Shown here: piece by piece, positions 37,398-46,364 of the stretch
Layout of the letters: the number at the start of each line of letters is the position of its first letter
How positions within the stretch are numbered: position 1 is the first letter of the stretch
Origin: Acidobacteriota bacterium
GTDB taxonomy: Bacteria; Acidobacteriota; Terriglobia; Terriglobales; SCQP01
Length of the DNA: 64,000 nt
Assembly: GCA_027459505.1 (NCBI GenBank)
Contig: DAIDIE010000021.1
Location: 16,803-80,802, forward strand
Direction: 5' to 3'
Notes under the pieces: model-generated
Databases searched by the model: none
What the model saw: the letters and a program-made list of their open reading frames with translations, nothing else
What the model was told of the DNA's origin: nothing
Made by a program: the position numbers and the translations under genes

Positions 37398-38666
37398 ATG
37401 AAAAAGATTCACTACGGCAAATGGAGCGGTGACGATGCGGAGGCATTTGCGGATGAGCTCTCCCTGGAGCAGCTCATGCAGGCCCTCTCCGGCATGCTGC
37501 TGATGAGCGAGATGGGAGACGCCTCGCTGCGGGACCTGCTCGATGCGCTCGAACAGCTGCTCATGGAGGCGGCCACCGCCCCGGAGGACGATTCCGGCCC
37601 GCTGGATGAGAGGCAACGGGAGTGGCTGCGCCAGGCCAGCGAGGAGCAAGTACACGCCGCCCTGCAACGGCTGCTGCAGCGCCTGCAGGAAGAAGGTTAT
37701 ATTGTGCCGGCGGAGACGGCTGTTGCCGGACAGGAGCCCTTCGAGGCGCAAAGCCAGACATCGCACGCACAACACCCTGGACACTTCGGCGGACAGGAGC
37801 GCGTCCGCTTTGAAATCACCGACAAGGCTCTCGATTTTCTGGGCTTCAAAGCCCTCAAACAGCTCCTGGGCAGCCTCGGCAAGGCGAGCTTCGGCCGCCA
37901 CGACACGCGTGAACTGGCCACCGGCATCGACGTTTCCGGCTCCTCGCGCCAGTACGAGTTTGGCGACACTCTCAATCTTGATATCAGCGCCACTATTGGC
38001 AACGCGCTGCGCCGGGAAGGTCTGAACCTTCCCATTGGCTTGGATTACTCCGACCTGATGGTGCACCAGGCGGAGTACCAGTCGAGCTGCGCAACAGTGG
38101 TCATGCTCGACTGCAGCCACTCCATGGTGCTCTACGGTGAAGACCGCTTCACTCCAGCCAAGCGCGTGGCCATGGCGCTCGCCCACTTGATCCGGACGCA
38201 GTACCCCGGCGACTCGCTGCAACTGGTGTTGTTTCATGACAGCGCCGAGGAGGTCTCGCTTTCGCAACTGGCTCGTGTGCAGGTCGGTCCGCATTACACC
38301 AATACCCGTGAAGGGCTCCGCCTGGCGCAGCGGCTGCTGGCGCGGCAGCGGAAAGACATGAAGCAGATCGTCATGATCACCGACGGCAAGCCCTCGGCGC
38401 TAACCATGGAGGACGGACGCATCTATAAGAACGCCTTCGGACTCGATCCGCTGGTGATCGAGAAGACACTGGAAGAAGTCGCCCAATGCCGCCGCAGCGG
38501 CATTATGATCAACACCTTTATGCTGGCCAGCGACCACGGCCTGGTGCAGTTCGTGCAGAAGGTGACCGCTATGTGCCGCGGCAAAGCCTATTTCACTACG
38601 CCCTACACGCTGGGCCAGTATCTGTTGCAGGACTACCTGGGCAAGAAGACGCAGCGGATACACTAG
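37398..38666 (+). CDS. VWA domain-containing protein (CoxE/ChlD-like)
   Basis: MIDAS motif [10 protein letters not shown], and [10 protein letters not shown] further on. Confidence 0.8.
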   Translation: MKKIHYGKWSGDDAEAFADELSLEQLMQALSGMLLMSEMGDASLRDLLDALEQLLMEAATAPEDDSGPLDERQREWLRQASEEQVHAALQRLLQRLQEEGYIVPAETAVAGQEPFEAQSQTSHAQHPGHFGGQERVRFEITDKALDFLGFKALKQLLGSLGKASFGRHDTRELATGIDVSGSSRQYEFGDTLNLDISATIGNALRREGLNLPIGLDYSDLMVHQAEYQSSCATVVMLDCSHSMVLYGEDRFTPAKRVAMALAHLIRTQYPGDSLQLVLFHDSAEEVSLSQLARVQVGPHYTNTREGLRLAQRLLARQRKDMKQIVMITDGKPSALTMEDGRIYKNAFGLDPLVIEKTLEEVAQCRRSGIMINTFMLASDHGLVQFVQKVTAMCRGKAYFTTPYTLGQYLLQDYLGKKTQRIH

Positions 38667-38836
38667 GCGGCGCGTCGGTGCAGCGTGGGGCCGCCATTCC
38701 AACAGACAGCGCAATGTTTGTGAACCCGGGAGAATTCGTGGCCCTGCAGCGGCTTAAAGGAGCAGCAGCAGCAGCGTCGTTTGCCGTTGCTGGGTGGGAT
38801 CCCCTCCCGAATCGATGGAGTCGATGGCTTACCGCG

Positions 38837-39220
38837 CTAGTAGAGCTGCAGGGTGGTTAACCGCGCGATCCGTTCGAAATCCCGATCCAAAGACAATTGC
38901 GTCGCGCCCGCGTCGATAGCGACTTCCGCAATAAGGGCATCCGTCGTGGAAAGGGTCACTCCCCTGACGCGAGCTCAGCAGTAAACTTCCGCGGCGTGAC
39001 GGTAGGCCTCAAAGCCGCCAGGCTCCAAAAGCGGCCAGGACCGAAGCTGTGCCTCGACCTCCTCAACGCCGCCACGGAGTCCTTGCACAATTTCGGCAAC
39101 AACGATTCCGGTGATTGCCAGAGGGGCACGCTGAGAGAGCAAACGTTCCAGTTCGCGACACGTTGCGGAACTGAACGAGCCAAAGAAGTCAATCCAAACG
39201 GACGTATCCACCAGAATCAA
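38837..39220 (-). pseudogene. vapC: PIN-domain toxin vapC interrupted by an in-frame TGA (38975-38977)
   Basis: N-terminal MILVDTSVWIDFF. After the TGA the same frame continues ARVRGVTLSTTDALIAEVAIDAGATQLSLDRDFERI, the conserved PIN C-terminal half with two acidic catalytic residues. Confidence 0.7.
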
Positions 39221-39417
39221 AAGCGGTTCCCGCGCATTTTCTTGAGATCGCCTTTCCAGATGCGGCTTCCACGAAATCGCAATATCCCCTTGCGTTCTTC
39301 AGCTTGGATGAGTTGTTGAAGCGTCTGCTCGACGATCTCGCGCTTGGCCTGCAAGCCGGTCAGCTCTCGTGCACGTGCGATGAGCTCATCACGTAAAAAT
39401 ATGTTAGTGCGGCCCAT
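39217..39417 (-). CDS. vapB: VapB-type antitoxin (DUF2191 / RHH-like)
   Basis: MGRTNIFLRDELIARARELTG..KREIVEQTL. Overlaps the vapC start by 4 nt. Confidence 0.75.
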   Translation of the reverse strand: MGRTNIFLRDELIARARELTGLQAKREIVEQTLQQLIQAEERKGILRFRGSRIWKGDLKKMRGNRF

Positions 39418-39796
39418 AGGCCCACGATACACCATTTCTACAGAGCTCTGGTGTATTCAGGGTTCAACCGTCCGAGCAGCGGGGCGCGAAAGGCGGAAGC
39501 GCCGCTTGGCGTGCTTCCGCTGTGGAGTGCGGCCCACGCCCGTCCCAACTAAGCAGACGGCTTTGATGAGCGACCCGGGAGACTTCCGCGGCCCTTCAAC
39601 TGCGATGCGCCCCAGCAGCAGACTATGCCTCCTGGGATTAAGCTTGAGTGGCTCCTTCGAGCTGCGTGCCCGAACCCTTATTTTTGAAGGGTGTTACGGC
39701 GAGACGACCTGAGCGGAAAGATTTCAACCGCCACGGTGGCGATCGCGCCGTTGAGCGTGAACTAGGAAGAAGCCAGAGGCTGCTATAGTTGTGGGC

Positions 39797-40240
39797 ATGA
39801 AAGCCAGCGCTCTTGGTCAGGATCTGCCGGGCACGATGAGCTTGTTGCGGGTGCTGCAGATCGCGTTGCTGGGCGCCTCCGGGGTGGTCATACTGTTTAC
39901 GCCGCGGGTTCACGCAAATGCCAGCGCTCAGTTCCGACCCGAGCTCCTGTATCTATTTCTGGCCTTGGCCATCGTGGACGTGCTGCTTATAGCCTGGGCA
40001 CAATTGAAGGTGGCCGGAGGGGCGCGCGCCAGACTGCAAAAAGACGGTAGCGACCCCCAGGCGCTCAACGAGTTGCGCCGCGGCCACCTCATCTCAGCTG
40101 TCATTGCCGAATCGGTGGTCCTTTACGGGCTGGTGGTGCACGCGTTGGGTGGACCCATTGGGGCCTCGTGGATCTTTTTCTGCCTGGGACTGCTGCTGTT
40201 TGCCATCTCTTGGCCGAGAGCGATCACGCGAACAGTATGA
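39797..40240 (+). CDS. hypothetical membrane protein (about 4 TM helices)
   Basis: ORF with four hydrophobic helices. No family recognised. A GTG at 39791 is an alternative start. Confidence 0.5.
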   Translation: MKASALGQDLPGTMSLLRVLQIALLGASGVVILFTPRVHANASAQFRPELLYLFLALAIVDVLLIAWAQLKVAGGARARLQKDGSDPQALNELRRGHLISAVIAESVVLYGLVVHALGGPIGASWIFFCLGLLLFAISWPRAITRTV

Positions 40241-40284
40241 AGGCGTGTGAGGCGGAATCCCCATGGGAAATGGCGAACCGGGGT

Positions 40285-40776
40285 TTACCCGGCGCGGCGC
40301 CGTTCAGGATGCAGAGCTTCCGCATGCCAACCGGGGTTCAGCCAGTGGTGGTTTTCCCACACGAATACTTCCGACACACGGCCCGAACTGTTCGTCACCT
40401 TTGTTCCCTGTTGAATTGCCAGCCGGTACTCACTCCACACAACTGCCACGGTCCCAAGCCACTGGATCCTGGTGTGCAGAAAGCGCAACTTCAACAGCCG
40501 CGCACGCGAGGCGCGGAACTGCGCCGACGAGGCCAGCATCTGTGCACGAGTGCTCCAGCCCGGCTCTCCGGAACTCATCACCACCGCATCCGCAGGAACC
40601 AGGCGACGTAGCGCTGCCACATCTCCAGCAAACCAGGCCCGCCATACCTGCTCACGGACCTGCAGAAGCTCTTGCCGCCGCGCCTCTCTTTCCTGTCCCA
40701 GCGCCGCAATGGGCCGCAAAGCACAAAGCAGCAGTGCCAACCCTGCTACAAGCGCATTTATCCGTGTCGCTCGCAT
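40285..40776 (-). CDS. DUF4440 / SnoaL-like (NTF2 fold) secreted protein
   Basis: Signal peptide. W..W..GDVAALRRLV....S..G......Q pattern and a C-terminal ...VWENHHWL, typical of DUF4440. Confidence 0.65.
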   Translation of the reverse strand: MRATRINALVAGLALLLCALRPIAALGQEREARRQELLQVREQVWRAWFAGDVAALRRLVPADAVVMSSGEPGWSTRAQMLASSAQFRASRARLLKLRFLHTRIQWLGTVAVVWSEYRLAIQQGTKVTNSSGRVSEVFVWENHHWLNPGWHAEALHPERRRAG

Positions 40777-40822
40777 TCGGTGTTCCTTTCTTCAAACAAT
40801 AGCAGCATGCTATTGTCTTTGC

Positions 40823-41365
40823 GTGCCCCTCTTCCTGGCAGAACGCTTGGCGCCGTTACAACTTCCCGACTCGGACGGGACTCTGTTCCGGCTCGGGTCA
40901 CTGTGGGAGCGCACGCCGGCGGTGCTGGTTTTTCTGCGGCATTACGGTTGAATCTTTTGCCGCGAGCACGCCGCGCAGTTGCGCGAGCATCAGAGTGAAT
41001 TCGACGCGCTGGGAACCCGCCTGGCGGCCATCGGCCTAGGCGATGCCAACTACGCCCGCATGTTCCGCGAAAGCAGCGGCATCTCCTTCCCGCTTCTCAT
41101 CGACGAAGAACGCGCCGCCTATCGTGCCATCGGGCTGCGAAGCGGCAACCTGCTGCACCTGTTCAAGAAAGAGAACGCGGCGGCGCGGGCGCGAGCCCGA
41201 GAAGCGGGCTTTAAACAGGAACGCATGGGACGCCACCCCTTCCAACTCGGCGGCAGCCTGGTATTCGCCTCCGGCGGTAAGGAGCTGTTCCTGCACCGCA
41301 GCCACAGCTTTGGCGACAACGCCAGCATCGCCGAACTACTTGGCGCGCTGAGCAAAGCGAAATAG
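40823..41365 (+). CDS. peroxiredoxin-like (AhpC-TSA_2 / PRXL2-SelU family) protein with in-frame UGA, candidate selenoprotein
   Basis: Two ORF-track pieces (ending 40951 and starting 40979) are in the same frame. Joined, they read ...PAVLVFLRHYG-[TGA]-IFCREHAAQLREH..., so the TGA occupies the first Cys of the family's GCxxC redox motif. GTG 40823 is the only plausible start, so the start is uncertain. Confidence 0.6.
40949..40951 (+). other. in-frame TGA, candidate selenocysteine codon
   Basis: Sits at the CxxC first-Cys position. A small GC hairpin CGCGC-AGTT-GCGCG starts 20 nt downstream, with G and U in the loop. It is weak as a bacterial SECIS. Confidence 0.5.
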
Positions 41366-41681
41366 GTAGCGATAATACCCGGAGCAGCCTCATGAAGGCT
41401 GCGTCTCCCGTTAGAGACAGGGGAGCAGGCGGCCTGCTGTTCCGGCTGGTCCTCCGAAGCATGGAAGGGGCTGCTGCCTATTACCGTGCACATCGCCGGC
41501 AACAAAACGTTGTTGATTAAACTCCGGATCAGGAAGCCCACTAAGAGCCTGACGGTGCCGATCCCATCAGCTGCGAAGAAGGCGGTCGCGAACGAGTACG
41601 AGGAGATGCTGGTACACGTTCGACAGGCAAAGCATTAGCGGGAGCAGCGCTCAAACCGCGGTATCAGTTGGCCTGCAACAG

Positions 41682-42170
41682 CTAGTGCGGGATGGGGCCA
41701 ACGTTTGGCCAGTTGGCGCCGGCGGCGCCGGCCAATTGCGCCGCCAACAGCGAATCAATGACGAGACTGCCAAGCTCCGGATCTCCAAATTGAACTCTGA
41801 CTCCCGGAAACATTGACAGTTCTTCCATAACGGAGAGTTGACTCCATGGAACCAAAAAGCTCTTAGCAAATGGCCCAAAAACACGTAAAACGCCCAAACG
41901 CAAACCGGACGGACACACACTCACAGTGAGCACACCGTTCATGTTTGCGGCGGGACCCATGCGCCCACAAATAAATCGCAGGTGCAGAATGGGTGGCTCC
42001 GCTCGATCTGGAAAGGCCGCCATTAGCCGAAACCAGCCACAGGAGAGCAAAATCAGGGAGGTAACCAGAAGCCATATGGCCACGATTCCCAGCACAGCGA
42101 TGGAGACAACATCGAGCTTTGCCACGCTAAGGCCCTCCCGAGGCATATTAATACAAATAGCGGGGCACAT
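41682..42170 (-). CDS. hypothetical membrane protein
   Basis: ORF in an AT-richer patch with a TM hairpin (VVSIAVLGIVAIWLLVTSLILLSCGWF). No recognised family. Confidence 0.4.
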   Translation of the reverse strand: MCPAICINMPREGLSVAKLDVVSIAVLGIVAIWLLVTSLILLSCGWFRLMAAFPDRAEPPILHLRFICGRMGPAANMNGVLTVSVCPSGLRLGVLRVFGPFAKSFLVPWSQLSVMEELSMFPGVRVQFGDPELGSLVIDSLLAAQLAGAAGANWPNVGPIPH

Positions 42171-42500
42171 CGCAGCTCAGAGCGAGCCATTCAAAAGACG
42201 TAGGGCTCTCTGCCGCTTTCCACGTGCGCGAGGCAAGGCCTCGTCTCCTGAGCCGCCCGCTGGCATTGCTTTCCGTTGGGTCGCTGGCGCTCCTGCTGAC
42301 GGGCTCTTGTGTGACGGTCACACTTCCCCAGTCACTCCCTTAAGGGTATAGGGGGCCGCCCTTCCCACCCCAACAAAGCAAACTGCGCTTTGTTGGGGGC
42401 GCTTTCGCGGCCTTCCACTGGCGATCTCCTCCGGCGATCTCTCCCAAAGCGAGGACTCGGTGGCTCGCTCCTCAGGAGAGGCACCGCTTCCGCGATCATC

Positions 42501-44810
42501 CTATTCCGCGCCACCTTTGCGGAAGTCCACCGAGACCGACAGGCGGTCGCCCTGCACGTCGAGAACGTTGCAAAAGGTGCGGGTTTCACGGCGGCTGAAT
42601 TCCAAGGTGACGCGGGAACGGCCGACACGCAGGTTGCGAATCCGCAGCCAGCTCAGCCACTCCGGCAGCACCGGGTCGACAATGCGCAGCTCACGGCGCG
42701 GGGCGCTTGGGCGGATGCCCAGCATAGCGGTAAGCATTAAAAACAGCGACCCGGAAGCCCAGGCCTGCGGCGAGCAAGAGACCGGATAATGCACCGGCTC
42801 GTCGAATTGCCGGCGCTGGGCGCCGACAAACAGTTCGGGCAGACGCAGGTTGCGGAAATGGGTGGCGGCCTGAAACAGGCCAGTAAAAATGCGCAGCAAA
42901 GGCTGCTTCATTTCAAAGAAGGCCAGCCCCATCGCGGTCAGCGAATTGTCGTGCGGCCAGACCGAACCGCGGTGATAGCTGAGCGGATTGAAGGTCGACT
43001 CGTCGGCTGAAAGAGTGCGCAGCCCCCATCCGGAAAACATGTCGGAACGCATGAGACGTGCCGCCACAAGGCGTGCGCGGTCTTTAGGAATGATCCGGCT
43101 CCACAGCAGATGGCCGGCATTGGACGCGATCACCTGCTGCTGGCGTTTGTTGCGGTCGAGCGACATGGCATAAAAGTTTTCATCGGGCATCCAGAAGCTG
43201 TGCTCAAAGCGATGCGCCAGATCCGCGGCGGCGCGGCGGGCCTTTTCGGCCTCCGCCGTCTCGCCATGACCGCGCAGCAGGCGAGCCATGCGGTAAAGCG
43301 CGTCAAAACAGTAACCCTGCACCTCGCAGAGGGCAATGGGGGGTTCGGCGAGGGTGCCGTCGCGGAGCAGGTTGGCGTCCCAGGAATCTTTCCAGCCCTG
43401 GTTTGCGAGACCGCGAGGCGCGCGGCGGAGAAACTCCACAAATCCATCGCCGTCGAGGTCGCCGTAGTGGTGTATCCAGTCGAGGGCGCGGCGCGCGTTG
43501 GGCAGCAGATCGTGCAAGAGCACCTCGTCGCCGGTCCAGTTATAGGCTTCATTGAGCAGAATCAGGAACAGCGGGGTGCTATCGACGGAGCCGTAGTATG
43601 GCGAGTGCGGCATCTCCCCGGCGCGGGTCATCTCGCCTTCGCGCAATTCATGCAAAATCTTGCCCGGCTGCTCGTCGCGCCAGTCGTTGATTTCGGTGCC
43701 CTGATAATGAGCGAGAAAACGCAGCGTTTGCGTGGCTAAATTGGGCTGCAGCAACAAAGACTGATAGCCGGCAATGAGGGAGTCGCGCCCGAATATCGTG
43801 GCAAACCAGGGAATGCCGGCCGCAATGATTTCGCCGGAGTAAGAGCGCTGTTGCAGTTCCGCTCCCGCCTCCACTTTTTGAATGTGCTCTTCTCCGCCGC
43901 GCTCGCGCAGTTCAAAAGGAACGCGCAGGGCATAAAAGTCGCTGACAGCGCTGGCCATACACTGATCAAAGGTTTCGTTGGAGGATTCAAAGCTGGTCGC
44001 CTCGCGCACCCAATCGTGAAAGGCCTCCCGGCGCGCATCCAGACAACGGTTGAATTCGGGACTGACCAACACCGGTGAGCGCCCCTCGACCCAAGGGCGG
44101 ACGGTCAGCAGGAGCTGGCGCTTCTCCTGCGGTTGCAACGTCAGCTTATAGCAGGCGCAACTCGGGGTCAGATCGTCGGGCGCGGGATCAAAATGCAACG
44201 TCGTCTGACGGAAGGCGTCGTCCAGCCCACGATAAGCGAAGTGCACGGTGGAACCACGCAGGATGGGTTTGAAGTATTGCCCGGTATGGTTGCGCAACAT
44301 GCCGCGCACCTGAAATACGTCAGCGAAGTCGGCGTCAAAGAGCCACTCCAGTTGAATGTCGACCGGCTGCAGGTTGAAGTTCTCCAGGCTAAGCCGGTCC
44401 AGAAAACAGCCACTCAACAACTGCTCGCGGCGTACGTGGACGGTGTTATCCGGGGAGTCGAAGTTTTCCCGAACTACCACGTTTGTGGCGGTGAGCTCGA
44501 TTTGAGAGATCAAGTTGGCATGTGTGCTGGATGACAGCACCACCGTACGGTGGCCATTAACACGAAGTTCCAAATAGCTGAGGAAGCGCGTGTCCTGGTG
44601 GAAAAGGCCGACATCGGTCGAGGCGGCCGGGGCTATGTCGCCGGAAAGTGTGGTGGAGAGAAACGTCTTCCCTTCCAGCAGCGTCAAGGCATTGACCCTG
44701 CGCGGCTCGCAGCCTTGATTCACCAGGCGCGGCTCGACATGCGGCGAGGGGATGGGAACCAGCTCTTGCGGGGAAATCTGTTCCGCCGTTTCCAGGGTGT
44801 CGCGTTCCAT
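42501..44810 (-). CDS. amylo-alpha-1,6-glucosidase / glycogen debranching enzyme family protein
   Basis: GDE_N_bis-like N-terminus and a GDE_C (alpha/alpha)6 barrel (…GIPWFATIFGRDSLI…GKILHE…QGWKDSWD…). Confidence 0.9.
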   Translation of the reverse strand: MERDTLETAEQISPQELVPIPSPHVEPRLVNQGCEPRRVNALTLLEGKTFLSTTLSGDIAPAASTDVGLFHQDTRFLSYLELRVNGHRTVVLSSSTHANLISQIELTATNVVVRENFDSPDNTVHVRREQLLSGCFLDRLSLENFNLQPVDIQLEWLFDADFADVFQVRGMLRNHTGQYFKPILRGSTVHFAYRGLDDAFRQTTLHFDPAPDDLTPSCACYKLTLQPQEKRQLLLTVRPWVEGRSPVLVSPEFNRCLDARREAFHDWVREATSFESSNETFDQCMASAVSDFYALRVPFELRERGGEEHIQKVEAGAELQQRSYSGEIIAAGIPWFATIFGRDSLIAGYQSLLLQPNLATQTLRFLAHYQGTEINDWRDEQPGKILHELREGEMTRAGEMPHSPYYGSVDSTPLFLILLNEAYNWTGDEVLLHDLLPNARRALDWIHHYGDLDGDGFVEFLRRAPRGLANQGWKDSWDANLLRDGTLAEPPIALCEVQGYCFDALYRMARLLRGHGETAEAEKARRAAADLAHRFEHSFWMPDENFYAMSLDRNKRQQQVIASNAGHLLWSRIIPKDRARLVAARLMRSDMFSGWGLRTLSADESTFNPLSYHRGSVWPHDNSLTAMGLAFFEMKQPLLRIFTGLFQAATHFRNLRLPELFVGAQRRQFDEPVHYPVSCSPQAWASGSLFLMLTAMLGIRPSAPRRELRIVDPVLPEWLSWLRIRNLRVGRSRVTLEFSRRETRTFCNVLDVQGDRLSVSVDFRKGGAE

Positions 44811-44931
44811 AGGCCGTTAGATGTGAAGCAGACGCTTGGGGACGGTGAAAAACACACGGCGAGGGCATGCCTCCGCGACGGCAAACCTCGCTTTGGCATC
44901 CGGCAATTTCCGGCCGCTCTCCGCTGCCTTT

Positions 44932-45104
44932 GCGGCACGGCCGCTTTTATTCCACCCGCTTCGGTGTCCGGCCGGAGCTCACGGATGGTGGCCGCGCTTT
45001 ACTGGTCGCCAGCGGCGCGGGACCTAAACGGCAACCCCGAACCTTTGGTATCACTTCGGCCTGCGATTTCGAACTCGAAAGCAGTTCGACTCGGCTCTGG
45101 CTCG
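44932..45104 (+). repeat. structured intergenic repeat, copy D
   Basis: Full-length copy between two minus-strand genes. Its 3' end lies 6 nt from the GT4 stop. Confidence 0.9.
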
Positions 45105-45110
45105 TTACGC

Positions 45111-46166
45111 CTAGCTGGCTCGCTTTAGATTGGCCGATAGGGTCTTGCCCTGCTCTTCCAGCGCTGCGTTGTAGACCTGCAGATACGCGGCGGTCATGCG
45201 CTCGATGCTGAAGTTTCGTTCCACATAATCTCGGCAGGACTGTGGGGAGATGCTGATCGAGATCGCCTTGGCTGCCATATCGTCCACGCCCGCGCAGATT
45301 TCTCCCGAAACTCCAGAGCAGACTATTTCAGGCACCGAACCGCGGGGGAAGCCAAGGACAGGGGCGCCACAGGCCATGGCCTCCACCATGACCAAGCCGA
45401 ACGGTTCGTCCCATTCAATGGGCACCAGCAAGGCCCGGGCGCCGGCAAGCAACTCCACCTTAGTTGTATGGTCCGCCTCACCAACGTATTGGATATGGCT
45501 GCCGTCCACCTGAGGGCGGATCTGCTCCTCCCAGTACTTTTGATAGAGTGGCTGGATTTCGCCGGCGATCTTGAGTGGTATGCCGGTGCGGCGCGCCACT
45601 TCGATCGCGTGGTGGACGCCCTTCATTGGCGCGATCCGGCCGAGAAACAGCAGGTAATCACGAGGTCCTTCGCCCATCCTATACTCGCCGGCATCGATGC
45701 CATGATGCGCCACGCTGATGCGGGCCATGCGCTCACGGCTGGCCTGGTCTTTGCTGATCGCCACAAACCAAACCCCAGGAAAGGAGTTGTAGTAGCCACT
45801 CAAGTCCTTCAGGTAGGGGTGATGGAGGGTATAGACCACCGGCAGGGGCACGAGACGGCTGAGGGATAGGCCGGGCGCGTTGTTGAGATGAAGAATATCG
45901 CAGTCGCGCAGCGCGTCTTTGCAGGCCCAACTGGCGTGGTTGAGATCAGAGAGGTTGCCGTGCACCTCGCCTGGGAGTGGCCATTGCATGTGCGGATAGA
46001 GCCACCGCTTTTCGCACTGTTGCGTGGAATCTCCGTTGGTGTAAAGCACCGGCTCGTGACCAGCGCGCTGCAATCCGCGCGCCAGGTGAGCCAGGAACAG
46101 TTCCGTTCCTCCATAGCGGCGCGGAGGCACGGGGATGAAAGGGGGCGCAACCAGGGCAACTCGCAA
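45111..46166 (-). CDS. glycosyltransferase family 4 (GT-B)
   Basis: YGGTE N-terminus and an EX7E region EPFGLVMVEAMACGAPV. Confidence 0.85.
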   Translation of the reverse strand: MRVALVAPPFIPVPPRRYGGTELFLAHLARGLQRAGHEPVLYTNGDSTQQCEKRWLYPHMQWPLPGEVHGNLSDLNHASWACKDALRDCDILHLNNAPGLSLSRLVPLPVVYTLHHPYLKDLSGYYNSFPGVWFVAISKDQASRERMARISVAHHGIDAGEYRMGEGPRDYLLFLGRIAPMKGVHHAIEVARRTGIPLKIAGEIQPLYQKYWEEQIRPQVDGSHIQYVGEADHTTKVELLAGARALLVPIEWDEPFGLVMVEAMACGAPVLGFPRGSVPEIVCSGVSGEICAGVDDMAAKAISISISPQSCRDYVERNFSIERMTAAYLQVYNAALEEQGKTLSANLKRAS

Positions 46167-46364
46167 ATGACCTCCACGAAGGGCTTATAAACGTTTAGAA
46201 GCCAAAAGTTGGCTTCTACGCTGCTTGAGCTGCTGGTAATCAGGTTGAGCGTTCAGCCATCCCGCAAACCACGGGAGAAATGCGAGGGCGAACCTAAACG
46301 AGGATCGGAAAGGACGAATGGGGGTTGGAAAAGAAATTGCGCCCGATTCAGCGCCGTCGATGAA

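Noticed and set aside
41486-41638. Roughly 50-codon + strand ORF ending ...AAKKAVANEYEEMLVHVRQAKH
   Set aside because: It has only a GTG start, no RBS and no recognisable family, and it sits in the AT-richer non-coding patch. The evidence is insufficient.
42368-42398. Strong 12-bp hairpin CCCCAACAAAGC-aaactgc-GCTTTGTTGGGG as a terminator
   Set aside because: No U-tract follows on either strand, and it lies about 100 nt from the nearest stop codon. It may still be a structural or processing element but cannot be called an intrinsic terminator.
42320-42503. Stop-codon read-through extension of the debranching-enzyme gene into the in-frame SPEERATESSLW fragment
   Set aside because: The in-frame relation has a 1-in-3 chance expectation, and the extension has no similarity to GDE-family C-termini. 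The fragment is better explained as a relic of a paralogue of the 58751-60070 gene.
46197-46217. Hairpin AGAAGCCAA-aag-TTGGCTTCT as the terminator of the pseudopilin genes
   Set aside because: The 9-bp stem is perfect, but the loop is only 3 nt and neither strand has a proper U-tract after it. It sits about 150 nt past the stop, so I did not list it as a terminator.
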